Shown in pieces: positions 28,199-39,400 of a DNA stretch of 64,000 nt; positions within the stretch are counted from its first letter, which is position 1, and every line of letters starts with the position of its first letter. The stretch lies in the NCBI GenBank assembly GCA_002840905.1, contig PHDD01000004.1, positions 102,921 through 166,920 on the forward strand. The letters run 5' to 3'. The notes under the pieces were generated by a model that saw nothing but the letters and a program-made list of their open reading frames with translations, was not told where the DNA came from and did not search any database. Position numbers and translations under genes: made by a program. This DNA comes from Bacteroidetes bacterium HGW-Bacteroidetes-4. Lineage in GTDB: Bacteria; Bacteroidota; Bacteroidia; Bacteroidales; SZUA-534.

Positions 28199-28478
28199 TC
28201 TGATCCATATTCAAAAATCAGTTTTATCTGTTAATTAGCTTTCAATTTAAAAGCCGTTAAGTAATTGATCCAAAAAAAATGTTAGCTGATTACACTCATC
28301 TAATCATCAAAGGCTGTAAATCTGAATTTTAAATACCCATTAGCTTTGAATTATTATGGAGCAAAAATATTAAAGTAGAATTCAGAAACCATGACAAAAC
28401 CACACTATTTGCAGTTGTTATTCAACATAAGCATCAATCTGAAAGAAAAAAGCAAAAACCTCTTATAAATCATAATTT

Positions 28479-31436
28479 TTAATGCTGAAGAACATCGTAA
28501 AAAGCTTGTTGAATTTCGGTTCGAATATTTAAATCCAACAACAATTTATTTTCAGCATTTGGGAAAGTTCGGTTACTTAAAAATACATAAACCGATTGGT
28601 TTTGTGGATCAACCCAAAGAAAAGTTCCGGTGAATCCGGAATGGCCAAAACTTTCGGGTGAAGCAGAGGCAGAGGTTGGACCCGGATCGCTGGTTTTTAA
28701 TGCTGGTTTATCAAAACCCAAAGCCCTGCGATTGTGCCGACGCGAAAAATAAGGTCGGGTAAATAATTCGAACGAACGTGGCGAAAAATAATTTTCACCA
28801 CCATAGGTTCCTTTATTTAAAAACAGTTGCCCTAAAATAGCCATATCGTTAGTATTCGAAAACAATCCGGCATGGCCTGCCGCTCCACCCAAAACTGCTG
28901 CTCCCTGGTCGTGAACATAACCGTGAATTACCTGCTTTCGAAAAAATAAGTCGTTCTCAGTTGGGACTATACGATCTGGATTAAACCTTTGTAAAGGAAA
29001 ATATCCGGTATGCTGCATGCCCAATTTGGAATAAAAATTTGACTGTACGTAGTTTTGCAGCGAATCAGCTGTCAGGTTCCTGATTATCTTTCCGAGCCAG
29101 TAAAAACCCAAATCGCTGTAGAAATACCGGTTTTTATGATACAAGGGAGTATCGGCTATACTCTTAAAAACCGAATCAACAAACGACTGCTTTAGGTATA
29201 AATCGCGTGCCACCGGAATGTTAAATGAATCGGTTCTTTGATTCCTGTACCATTCTGGCTTTATTTTCCCCAACGAATCGAGGGTGTTTCGGTAAAATGG
29301 AATCCACGATTTTAATCCTGCCTGATGGGCTAACAGCTGACTTATTTTAATTTTATCTTTATCGGTACCTTCAAGTTCCGGTAAATACTGAATTAAACGG
29401 AACGAAGGATCGAATTTTTGTTCACTGGTTAGTTTCACCAGGGCTAAAGTAGTGGCTGCAATTTTAGTTACCGATGCCAAATCGTAGATATCGCCAGGTT
29501 TAACAGCTTGTTTTTTGGTGTACGTATGGTAACCAAAGCATTTGTTGTAGATTACCCTTCCGTCTTTAACGTAAATTATCTGGCAACCGGGAGTTGCGCC
29601 TGTATCAATAGCAAATTGTGCAAGCGAATCAACTTTTGAAAAAGCTTTTTCGTCCAAATCAAAAACCTCAGGACCTGCATAATTCAGACGAACTTGCTGA
29701 ACATTGCCCGAAAGAACAGAACCGGCTTTAAAGTTACGAACCGATACCGGTAAAATTCCGCTTAGCTGAACACCTCCAAAAAGTGCCTGTGCGGCAATTT
29801 CCTGATCAATTTTTGTGTTGCCAAAGGAAACCAACAAAGCTGCTGCTTTGTCTGCTGATTCAAGATACTTCAGTCCATAAGGGTTTCCAAACCAATTCAG
29901 AATAACCGGTTTGCTCGCTATCAAGTGATTTATTACCTCCAACTCAGCAGATGAAATTCCAAACTGCCTGCCGGGTACTTCACTCAAACCAAATTGTCCT
30001 ACAATAATTAACTGATAAGGCGCAAGCAATTCATTTAATTCCTTTTTATTAAATCCCAGAGCCGATGACAACAATAATGTATCGACCCTGGCGTATTGGT
30101 TAAGCTGGGTAAAATATGGGCTTGCATTGGCAGTTCCTTGAGCGATACATAGAATTCGTTTTTTGTCAAGACCTGATATGGGAATGGTATTGTGGTTATA
30201 AACCAGTGTTTGTAAGGCCTCGGTAAGCAATCGCTGATTCTTTTTAATTTTTGTTCCGTTTATTTCCATAACCAGATTTTGAGTTGTGGGCGATTTGTAG
30301 GAAGCAAGCCCACTCCAAAGCTTTGCCTGCAATATTGTTTTACACTTTTGATTAATTAGGGATTCAGGTATTCGTTTATCGGCAACAGCCTTCTCAATTG
30401 CATTGATAGCTAATTCAAGGTTGGTTGGAAATAATAACACATCGTTTCCGGCCAACAAAGCCTGAACTTCAATTTCGCCTGGAACCTGATCGCGTGTTAC
30501 GCCGCGCATATTCAATGCATCGGTAAATACCAATCCTTTGAAACCCATCCGGTTTTTCAACAAATGCTGCACAATAATTGGTGATAACGAAGCCGGGCGG
30601 TAATTTCCGCTATCAAGCGACGGTACGGCAATATGCCCGGTCATAATACCGATTATTTCGTTGTCTATTAGGTTTTTAAAAGGATATAATTCTATATCAA
30701 AAAGGCGTTCTTTTGAATGCCGTATCACTGGCAATGTTTCGTGCGAATCGGTATGGGTATCGCCATGCCCCGGGAAATGTTTACCCACCGCAATTACCTG
30801 TTGACTTTGCATTCCACTAACATAAGCCAAACCTTTTCGGGCAACATTGCGTTTGTCTTCACCGTAAGAACGGTAATTTATGATGGGATTGTCGGGGTTA
30901 TTATTCACATCGAGCACCGGTGCAAAATTAATGTGAATCCCCATGCGCTGACATTGCAAGCCTACGGCCTCACCCATTTCAAAAACCAGTTGATCGTCCT
31001 GAACTGCTCCCACAGCCATTGGTTTTGGCAAAGCTATCAGGCTGTCTAAGCGCATGGCCAAACCCGTTTCGGCATCAATACCAATAAATAACGGAACCTG
31101 TGTAATTTGTTGAAGTGTATTGGTAATATTTAACTGCGCGGTAGGAGTTCCCTTCATAAAAACCAGGCCACCCGGTTGCAGTTCGGTAATTTGCTTTTTT
31201 AGTCGGTTTAAATAAGCTTTGTTTTGATTGGAATACACATCAATCATAAAAAGCTGGGCAATACGCTGCCGCAAATTGAGAGAATTTAATACGGAATCGA
31301 CCCATGCACTTTCCTGAACCTTAATGGGCGGACCAAATTCTTTAAATGTAAATGAGGAATGGCGTTCTTTAAAAGGTTGTCCCGTTAAAAAAAACAAAAG
31401 CAGAAAAAGAATGAAAATCTTACTAAGCAATCGCAT
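28479..31436 (-). CDS. Periplasmic fusion: GH3 beta-N-acetylhexosaminidase (NagZ-like) + serine beta-lactamase/PBP-fold (AmpH/EstB-like) domain
   Basis: Signal MRLLSKIFILFLLLFFL. GH3 motif KHFPGHGDTHTDSH and FKGLVFTDAL. C-terminal SxxK (ASVTK), YSD, and HSGFTG in place of KTG. Confidence 0.85.
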   Translation of the reverse strand: MRLLSKIFILFLLLFFLTGQPFKERHSSFTFKEFGPPIKVQESAWVDSVLNSLNLRQRIAQLFMIDVYSNQNKAYLNRLKKQITELQPGGLVFMKGTPTAQLNITNTLQQITQVPLFIGIDAETGLAMRLDSLIALPKPMAVGAVQDDQLVFEMGEAVGLQCQRMGIHINFAPVLDVNNNPDNPIINYRSYGEDKRNVARKGLAYVSGMQSQQVIAVGKHFPGHGDTHTDSHETLPVIRHSKERLFDIELYPFKNLIDNEIIGIMTGHIAVPSLDSGNYRPASLSPIIVQHLLKNRMGFKGLVFTDALNMRGVTRDQVPGEIEVQALLAGNDVLLFPTNLELAINAIEKAVADKRIPESLINQKCKTILQAKLWSGLASYKSPTTQNLVMEINGTKIKKNQRLLTEALQTLVYNHNTIPISGLDKKRILCIAQGTANASPYFTQLNQYARVDTLLLSSALGFNKKELNELLAPYQLIIVGQFGLSEVPGRQFGISSAELEVINHLIASKPVILNWFGNPYGLKYLESADKAAALLVSFGNTKIDQEIAAQALFGGVQLSGILPVSVRNFKAGSVLSGNVQQVRLNYAGPEVFDLDEKAFSKVDSLAQFAIDTGATPGCQIIYVKDGRVIYNKCFGYHTYTKKQAVKPGDIYDLASVTKIAATTLALVKLTSEQKFDPSFRLIQYLPELEGTDKDKIKISQLLAHQAGLKSWIPFYRNTLDSLGKIKPEWYRNQRTDSFNIPVARDLYLKQSFVDSVFKSIADTPLYHKNRYFYSDLGFYWLGKIIRNLTADSLQNYVQSNFYSKLGMQHTGYFPLQRFNPDRIVPTENDLFFRKQVIHGYVHDQGAAVLGGAAGHAGLFSNTNDMAILGQLFLNKGTYGGENYFSPRSFELFTRPYFSRRHNRRALGFDKPALKTSDPGPTSASASPESFGHSGFTGTFLWVDPQNQSVYVFLSNRTFPNAENKLLLDLNIRTEIQQAFYDVLQH

Positions 31437-31457
31437 GGCTGGAATCTTGAAAAGCTA

Positions 31458-33143
31458 TTATAAGGAATTAATCATTTTCAAAAATTCATCGTTGGGGAAA
31501 AAACCATCGGCATCGGCCGAATAATTGGGTTTTATCCGATCAACATAGTACATTTTCAGGTTGTATCCCCGTTTTGTTGCTACCATTCCTCTACTCGAAC
31601 ATTCAAAATAATTTTTAATATAATGATAGGTGTATTCTGAAACATTAATCCGGCCATCCTGTCCTTGTTCCTGCATGCGGGCGGCAATATTAACTGTATT
31701 TCCCCAAACATCGTAAATGTATTTCTTTTTACCAACTACACCCGCAATGAGTTCTCCGGTACTTATTCCGGTTTTACATTTCCATTCTAATCCATTTGGT
31801 GTACGTGTTTCATCCATCTTGCTTTTTACATAATTTAGCATTTCAAAAGCAGCCAACACGCTGTTAAATGGATTACTTTTATTACTTAACGGCAAACCAC
31901 CTACGCACATGTAGGCATCGCCAATGGTTTTAATTTTCTCTATAAAATGTTTTTCCACTATATCATCAAAGGCTTTAAAATATGAGTCAAGAACGTGAAT
32001 TAAATCCTTTGGTGAAAGCTCCCGGGTGATATCGGAGAAACTTACAAAATCGAGAAAAAGCACCGAAGCTAATTTGTAGCTTCGAGGGCGGGCTTCACCT
32101 TTCGATTTTAATTGCCGGGCTACCTCAAAAGGCAGAATATTAAGCAATAAATCGTCTGACTTTTTGCGTTCCGATTCAATTTGTTTGTTCTGAACATTAA
32201 TTTCTTTTTGTTGCTCTTCGAGTAAGGTGTTAGCACTTTTCAGGTGATTAGTAAGTGCCAGCATGTATTCGTTTTTCTGATTTAAAGCTTCTTCGGTTTC
32301 TTTTAGTTTGGTTATATCGGTTTCAATGGCAATGAAACGCTCAACCACTCCATCAGCATCTATAATTGGTGTTAACGTTGTTTGAATCCATTTAAATTCA
32401 CCCGAACGAATCTGGCATTCAGCTATGTAGTTTACTGACTTTTTTGTTTCTACACACTGGTTAACCTTTTTTACTATTTCAGAGTTTTTACTGGCATCGA
32501 AAATGGTACGACCGAATTTGCGTTTAAATTCATCGATTTGATAGCCATACAATCGTTTAAATCCTTCATTAACCCACTCCATTTCGCCATGTCTGTCGAA
32601 TATAACAAAGGAATTATCGGCCCGATCGATAAAAAGCACCAACTTATCCATGATGCCCAGGGTTTGTGATAAATTACGGTTATGTTCTGACAGTTCTGCC
32701 AAACGGCGGGCGTTCTTTATTTGCAATTCGATACGAGCAAAGAGTTCATTCTCTTGGGTAGCATCGGAAAAATAATCGTTGGCTCCCGATTGAAAGGCCA
32801 ATTTTAAATTATCGGGAATAGCAAAAGGCGACTTATCGAAAATTAGAATGGGTGTGTTTGAATAATCGGGCAAAGAACGAATCTTACTAACTAAAGTAAT
32901 GGCTTCAATAAAATTATCAGTAACCACCAACAGAATAATTTCAACATCCTGACTTAAAATAAAATCAAAGGTCTGTTGCATATCAGCTAAGGTAAAAACC
33001 GTAAGCTGGGGGAAAGCATTTTTCAGGCTATTAAGCAGTTGGGTGCTTTGCCCAACAAGTAAAATTCTGTCTTCAACCATTTTCCCCTGATTTGTAAGTA
33101 ATAAAGGATTATTTGAAATTATTGTACGGTTGAATTTGGGCAT
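31458..33143 (-). CDS. Degenerate receiver - PAS - class III adenylyl cyclase
   Basis: REC-like N-terminus lacking the acidic pocket (see finding). PAS region (FVIFDRHGEMEWVNEGFKRLYGY), coiled coil. Cyclase core: VLFLDFVSFS, KIKTIGDAYMCVGG, YDVWGNTVNIAARM. The Lys before TIGD suggests ATP specificity. Confidence 0.85.
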   Translation of the reverse strand: MPKFNRTIISNNPLLLTNQGKMVEDRILLVGQSTQLLNSLKNAFPQLTVFTLADMQQTFDFILSQDVEIILLVVTDNFIEAITLVSKIRSLPDYSNTPILIFDKSPFAIPDNLKLAFQSGANDYFSDATQENELFARIELQIKNARRLAELSEHNRNLSQTLGIMDKLVLFIDRADNSFVIFDRHGEMEWVNEGFKRLYGYQIDEFKRKFGRTIFDASKNSEIVKKVNQCVETKKSVNYIAECQIRSGEFKWIQTTLTPIIDADGVVERFIAIETDITKLKETEEALNQKNEYMLALTNHLKSANTLLEEQQKEINVQNKQIESERKKSDDLLLNILPFEVARQLKSKGEARPRSYKLASVLFLDFVSFSDITRELSPKDLIHVLDSYFKAFDDIVEKHFIEKIKTIGDAYMCVGGLPLSNKSNPFNSVLAAFEMLNYVKSKMDETRTPNGLEWKCKTGISTGELIAGVVGKKKYIYDVWGNTVNIAARMQEQGQDGRINVSEYTYHYIKNYFECSSRGMVATKRGYNLKMYYVDRIKPNYSADADGFFPNDEFLKMINSL

Positions 33144-33173
33144 TTTTTTTTTAAATACCTAAGAGATGGGAAT

Positions 33174-33200
33174 AAAAAAAGGCAGCCCGTTTGGGCTGCC
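33174..33200 (-). terminator. Rho-independent terminator ending the SusC/D transcription unit
   Basis: GGCAGCCC (33181-33188) GTTT GGGCTGCC (33193-33200). On the minus strand it is followed by a T7 run (33174-33180). Confidence 0.85.
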
Positions 33201-33222
33201 TCTATTTAATTATTGTTTTAGA

Positions 33223-34065
33223 TTAAATATCTAACGCTACAGAATACGATGTACCTGTTTTAGTTAATGTTAATACACGGTAGGTATTTACGTCCCAATA
33301 AGCAAAATAATCAACGGTATATTCATCTAATTTTGTGATGTCGAAAACTGCTGTTAATATTTCGATAGAACCATCAGGATAACTTATGTAGAAAGTTAAA
33401 TCATCGGTAAATCCTTCAAAATAATAAGGATCAACAGTGATGTAATACTTTCCATCTGGATTATCGCCATCTACTTCAATAACTGTCATAATCTCAGGAT
33501 TATCAGAAGAACCAGCTAAACTCCAGTCACCTTCAGTTTCGTGAATGGTAAAGATATCAAAATCGTTGTCATGATTTTCCCAACCAATTGCTACAACAAC
33601 CAAATTTGGATCGTTATAATTTTTAACTGTTAAATTCTGAGTCAACCGTGAAGTACCAGGTTTTACCAGATATCTTTCGGCAAGGTCAAACATACCGATT
33701 TCAAAACTTAAAACTTCATCGTTTTCAGCAATACCATCATAAGGTACAATTAATGTCATAGTACCTTCAAGAGTATAAGGTGCAATGGTAACTGCATTTA
33801 CAACATAATCCATATCGCTAACGGTAGAAGAACCATCCAAAACTAGCTCAAAATTGAGATCGGCATCCAACATCTTGTCCAAGGTGATGGTAAACACAAT
33901 GGTGTCGCCTTCGGTTACCTCTGTACCTGTAAAATCAGATGTGATTGTAGCTACAGGGTAATTGTCGGTACTGATAGGATCCGCTACTTCTTGCTCATCG
34001 CAGGCAAAAAACAGGAAGGCTATAAATACCCAACTTAAAATTGGAATTATAAAATTTTTCTTCAT
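33223..34065 (-). CDS. Surface lipoprotein of unknown function (Calx-beta-like N-terminal sandwich, tentative)
   Basis: Lipobox ..FLFFAC. The segment GDTIVFTITLDK..DLNFELVLDGSSTVSDMDYV..GTMTLIVPYDGIAENDEVLSFEI resembles the Calx-beta pattern. Acidic, beta-rich. Confidence 0.5.
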   Translation of the reverse strand: MKKNFIIPILSWVFIAFLFFACDEQEVADPISTDNYPVATITSDFTGTEVTEGDTIVFTITLDKMLDADLNFELVLDGSSTVSDMDYVVNAVTIAPYTLEGTMTLIVPYDGIAENDEVLSFEIGMFDLAERYLVKPGTSRLTQNLTVKNYNDPNLVVVAIGWENHDNDFDIFTIHETEGDWSLAGSSDNPEIMTVIEVDGDNPDGKYYITVDPYYFEGFTDDLTFYISYPDGSIEILTAVFDITKLDEYTVDYFAYWDVNTYRVLTLTKTGTSYSVALDI

Positions 34066-34098
34066 TACTATTCAATTTAATAATTAATAATTCAGATG

Positions 34099-34926
34099 TT
34101 AATTAGGAGTATAAACACACTCATAAACTCTATCTCCAGCTGCAAAAGTAATTGTGTAGGAAATAGTAATAACACCTGTTTCTTCATCTACTGTACCCGG
34201 ACCATTACCATATACTTTATTGCTATAGTAATCAACCAAATTTTGTTCAGGAACATTGATAACACCGCATACATCTGTAAAAGTATAACCATTTGTACCA
34301 ACTCCAAGACCACCAATCCAGTGTCCAACTTCAGAAGTACGGTAAGTACCTACACCAGTTTTAATAATGTTATCCTGGAAGGTATAGGTAGTTGTTCCAT
34401 CGCGAACCATTACCACGGAATAAGAACCTTGTAATTCAGAAGGACAGGCATAATTTAATGTTATTCTAATGGGTTTACCTGAAGCAATAACATTTTCAGC
34501 TCCAGTAGCGGAACTAAAGGTTAGGTACAATAATGGGGATTTTGCTAACGGGGTAACAATACCATCTGTTATCATAGTAAACTCATACAAACCTAAGTAG
34601 TTGTTCGATTGCTTCAATACTATTGAAGGATTATCCAATCTAAAATGGGTACCTTCTACAGCAGTAGTTAATGTTTCATCGTAACCAACATTAACCGTAA
34701 TATCACCTTCAACTTTATCAGTAGAAGGACCTTGTAATTTTACTTTTACCAGAACTTTATATTCTGTTCCGTCGGCAACTTCAGTAGCTGACTGAGTTGT
34801 TGCCTCAAATACCACCAGGTTCTTACCATCGGGTACTAACTCAACCTCTTTGGCTTCATCGTCGCACGAAGCGAAAAAGAAAACGCCAAGGAAGAGGATT
34901 AAAAATATGTGATTAAATCTTTTCAT
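34099..34926 (-). CDS. Surface lipoprotein of unknown function
   Basis: Lipobox ..VFFFASC. Two beta-rich domains. Sits 12 nt after the SusD stop, the position usually taken by SusE/F-type binding proteins. Confidence 0.5.
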   Translation of the reverse strand: MKRFNHIFLILFLGVFFFASCDDEAKEVELVPDGKNLVVFEATTQSATEVADGTEYKVLVKVKLQGPSTDKVEGDITVNVGYDETLTTAVEGTHFRLDNPSIVLKQSNNYLGLYEFTMITDGIVTPLAKSPLLYLTFSSATGAENVIASGKPIRITLNYACPSELQGSYSVVMVRDGTTTYTFQDNIIKTGVGTYRTSEVGHWIGGLGVGTNGYTFTDVCGVINVPEQNLVDYYSNKVYGNGPGTVDEETGVITISYTITFAAGDRVYECVYTPN

Positions 34927-34938
34927 TGTTCTATTTTT

Positions 34939-36405
34939 TTAGTTTGCCCAAAATATTTTACTTGTAAATGCATTTGGCTGTTCCGGTAGATTAATAGTAT
35001 TACCAGTGATCTCACTAGCCGGGTAGGCCAAACGAACCGGACGTCCTTTTAATGGATCTGCCATTGCTGAAAGTGGCAAATTCAATGGATAACCCGTTCT
35101 GGTATAATCGAACCACGATTGTTCAGCACTTATACCATTGGTGGCAATCCATTTTTGGGTAATAATGGCTTCCAGTTTATTGGGACTGTTTGCCCAACCT
35201 ACATTGGCATAGGTTTGAGCCAAATAAGTAGCAGCCTGAGCAGCAGTTAAATCTAAATATTCAAATGAAGCGGTAACACCAGCAGCATAGAACAAAGCAG
35301 GATCACCACCAAAACCATTATTTAATGCCATCTCAGCTTGTAAGAAATAACATTCAGCTAACGAGAAGATATTAGCTCCCATATCAGCACCCTTTAAAAT
35401 ACCAGGACCAATATTTGATACTAAATTGGCTGAAAATTCCTTACCAACCTCTAATCCCTGCTCAACACCTTTATGACCATCATCTGGTGTTTCATACAAA
35501 CGATCACGACGGGCATCCACAATTCCAGTTAAATAATCCAAAACATATTGAGTAGCACAGGTAGCATCATTGCTCATAATAACTGTTCCACTAACATCCC
35601 AGCCTAATTCAGCCCAGAAAGGATTTTGTTTGTTTACCTCATTCATGTAACCGGGTTGAACCATTACATCTTTAGTAATAAAACCAGAACCTTCGGCAAT
35701 AATAACAGCTAATTCATCGTTGATGTAGGTAGCTGGTTTAACAGCATACTCACGAACCAAAATACGCAACTTAACGGTATTGGCAAATTGAATCCACTTA
35801 TCCATATCACCTTCAAACATTACATCGTCAGCACCAACTGCTATAGTTGTCGCTTCGTCAGCTGCAGCTTTGATTATGGCAATGGCATTGGTTAACTGTA
35901 CCACTAAATCATCATAAATGGCCTGAGCGTCGTCATAAACAGGTGTAGCGTTTGTTCCACGTTGCAAGGCATCAAAATAAGGAATATCTCCGTATAGGTC
36001 AACCAAGATCTGGAAGTGATACGCTTTCATAATCATTCCAATGGCTTTGTAATAGGCATATTCGTCACCAAATTTTTGCAAATCCTGGTATAGTTTCAAA
36101 GGCTGTAAATAAGCTTTATCGAAAAGCCTGGCGTAGAAAGTGGTATTCACCAAATACTTAAACTCATCGTCGTACCACGAAAAGCCGTACGATTCGCTCC
36201 AGTTATACATAATCATGTTGCCTAGGTGATTTAATCCCCGGTCTTCCTGATAGTAATCAGCTGTATACACCTGCCCCACAGGCAAAATCAAATCGGGGGT
36301 AACACTCACCGGATTATTTGGATCGGTATTCACATCCAAAAAATCTTCGCACGACATCGTAAAGAGTGCCAATACAAGGGGTAAAATAAATATAATCTTT
36401 TTCAT
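34939..36405 (-). CDS. SusD/RagB-family outer-membrane lipoprotein
   Basis: Lipobox ..LFTMSC. 488 aa, helical/TPR-like. Starts 11 nt after a SusC-type gene. C-terminal ..TSKIFWAN is typical of the family. Confidence 0.9.
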   Translation of the reverse strand: MKKIIFILPLVLALFTMSCEDFLDVNTDPNNPVSVTPDLILPVGQVYTADYYQEDRGLNHLGNMIMYNWSESYGFSWYDDEFKYLVNTTFYARLFDKAYLQPLKLYQDLQKFGDEYAYYKAIGMIMKAYHFQILVDLYGDIPYFDALQRGTNATPVYDDAQAIYDDLVVQLTNAIAIIKAAADEATTIAVGADDVMFEGDMDKWIQFANTVKLRILVREYAVKPATYINDELAVIIAEGSGFITKDVMVQPGYMNEVNKQNPFWAELGWDVSGTVIMSNDATCATQYVLDYLTGIVDARRDRLYETPDDGHKGVEQGLEVGKEFSANLVSNIGPGILKGADMGANIFSLAECYFLQAEMALNNGFGGDPALFYAAGVTASFEYLDLTAAQAATYLAQTYANVGWANSPNKLEAIITQKWIATNGISAEQSWFDYTRTGYPLNLPLSAMADPLKGRPVRLAYPASEITGNTINLPEQPNAFTSKIFWAN

Positions 36406-36416
36406 TTCAGTAATTT

Positions 36417-39400
36417 TTAAAATTCAACATTCACACTAAATCCGAATGAACGAGTTGGAGGAGGCGCAAAATATCCACCAATACCAATTCCATTTGCAGC
36501 GTCTGAAGAACGAGTGTTTCTAAACTCCGGATCAGAGAATATGTATTTTTCTTTGGGGAAAATAGTTAACACATTACGGGCAACAAAACCTAAAGTAACT
36601 TTACTGATAAAACCTGTATTATCAAGCAAATTTTTAGGTAAGGTGTAATTAAGCGACAACTCCCTAATTTTAAAGGCAGAAGCATCTTTTACGTAGTTTT
36701 CTTTAATTACGTTGTATTGATTTTGCCAGAAATCCATTTTACCACCGGTAATTGGGATGCTTGTATTCTCAACATACACACCAGGGCTGGTTTCAATAAC
36801 TGAATTTGGCCAAACAAAATCTTTACGATCACCCATTACACTTTCCATAGAACGACCGGTGAATTCCATTTGATCAGAACCCTGAGCATAATACACATGT
36901 CCTGTCCGGTAATCCATGGTAGTTGAGAAAGTAAAACCTTTGTAATGTAATTGCGTGTTAAACGATAGGGTATGTTTGGGAGTAGTTTGTCCCATAATCT
37001 TAAGGGGGCCTACAACAGGGTTACCGGTACCGGCATCTACTACAATACGTCCCTGAGGATCGCGAACGTATGAAACGGCTTTTATTTGCGGAAATACTTC
37101 GCCTACAATAGCAAAAGTTCCGTACCCTGCAGTATAAGATTCTACAGATGTTTCAGTAATTCCAGCTTTAATTTCATCTACAACAGTAGTGGCTGTATAG
37201 TAATTAAAGTCTACATCCCATTTAAAGTCACCCGATTTAATAACCGTACCACCAATAGATAATTCTATACCATTGTTGGTTAACTTTCCAATGTTTGTTA
37301 AATAACTTGATGCACCTGAAGCAAACGAAGGCGTAGTTGTTGTTATCAGGTTTGTTGTTATAGTGTTAAAATAAGTAGCTTCAAAATTCAAACGTCCTTT
37401 AAATAAACTAATATTAGTACCTACCTCAGTAGAATTCAACTTTTCTTTTTGAATATCGGCATCAACGGCTGTCGTAGCGGTTTCAAAACCATTAATTGCT
37501 CCAAATGGAAAGGGGAATCCAGTTCTACCTTGCGTATATCTTTCATTGATACGATATGGTGCCAAATCGTTATATACGGTTGAATTACTACCAAATACCT
37601 TAAACATTTCCAGGAATGGCATATCATTCAGCGCAGAAATGGCATCCGATAAAATAAAAGAAGCACTTACTGAAGGATAAAAATATCCGTTGTTTCCTTT
37701 GGCCAAAGTCGACACGTAATCCTGACGACCGGTAAGGTTTAAGTAAACCCATTTACGGAAATCAAAAGTCAGGTCACCAAAGAAACCAACACTTCTTCTT
37801 TGTGATGCGTCCACAACGCCTTCTAACTGTCCTGTACCGTTCGAAATATCATAAAACCCTTCAATACTTAAGTTATTGGCCCGAATGTAGCTATAATTGT
37901 ATTGATAAGTGTTTACGTTAGTACCTGCAATGGCTTTTAAACCAATGTCTTCAGTAAGTTTAAATTCACTCTGTAATAAAGCATCAGCATTGTAGGTGGT
38001 GGCTTCAGATTCTGTATCTTCAACGAATGAAGAAACCGTACTATGGTAGGGTTGTAATACCGGATCATAGGTTTGACGAGCTCTCCAGTTTTTTCCACGA
38101 TTTGAAACAGTATTAACACTGGCCCGAGTAACAAAATTCAGGTTATCCAGAATATCCCATGAAGCACTTAGGTTAGCTACAAGACGATTGGACTTCACAT
38201 TATTGCGGTTAGTTCCAATTGCCCAATAAGGGTTTTGGTAGAAGGCATTGTAATAATTGTCAGCATAACCATAACTTTCGGGATTATCCCAGTCTTTATA
38301 ACTGGTTAATGGGATGTTAGCCGGTGTGTTTAATAAGAACCAGTACAAAGGCCTATCCTGATCACCAATGGTGTTACCCACCACATCAAGGTCATCAGTA
38401 GAGAAAGCAACATTTGCTGCTAATTCCACTTTACCCATTAGTTTATTGGCATTTACCCTAAATGTATTCTTCTTATATACATCATCAGGAACAATACCTT
38501 TTGTGTTTTGATTACCTACTGACATGTAGAAACTTCCAGTTTCATCACCACCTGTAAAGTAAGCAGTGTTTTGCATGGTAGAACCGGTATTGAAAAAATC
38601 TTTCACATTGTCTTTAACCGGGGCATAAGGAACTGCCTGGAAACTACCATCAGCAAAGGTTGGACCAATTTGTCTTACCTGACCATCGAAACGGGGACCC
38701 CAGTTGGTATTCTCGATGTTGTTGTACTCACCGTCCCATCCTGTACCGTGTTCGGTTTGAAAATCGGGCATGTAAGCCACTTTTTCAAAAGTTGTGGAAT
38801 GTAAAATACCAGCTGTAAAACGCTCAGATTTTTTTCCTTTTTTAGTAGTAACTATAAGCGCCCCGTTACCGGCATTTGAACCGTACAAAGCTGCTGCAGT
38901 AGCACCTTTCAGGGTATTCACACTTTCAATATCATTGGGGTTCATGTCATTTAAAGCAGCGGCACTGGCAATTGAACCATCAATTACCACCAAAGCTTCG
39001 TTATTAGCAGAAATTGAGCGTAAACCACGTAATAAGATTTGTGAATTTGGTTTTACTCCGTTATCCTGGATGTTAACCTGCAGACCTGCAACCTTTCCTA
39101 CCAAACCGGTAGAAACATCAGTACTCTGAGCTGACCTTAGATTATCACCTGATACGGTTTCCGTTTGGTACGTAACAGCTTTCTTTTCACGCGAAATACC
39201 AAAAGCAGTAATCACTACTTCATCAACTCCAAACACTTCAGGTTCAAGTACTACATCAATAACTGCTCTTCCTCCAATAGCTTGTTCAACTGTGGTCATC
39301 CCAACAAAGGAGAAAACCAAAGCCTGAGCATCGGCGGGAACACTTAATGAATACTGACCATTAATATTGGTAATAGTACCCACAGTGGTACCTTTTACAG

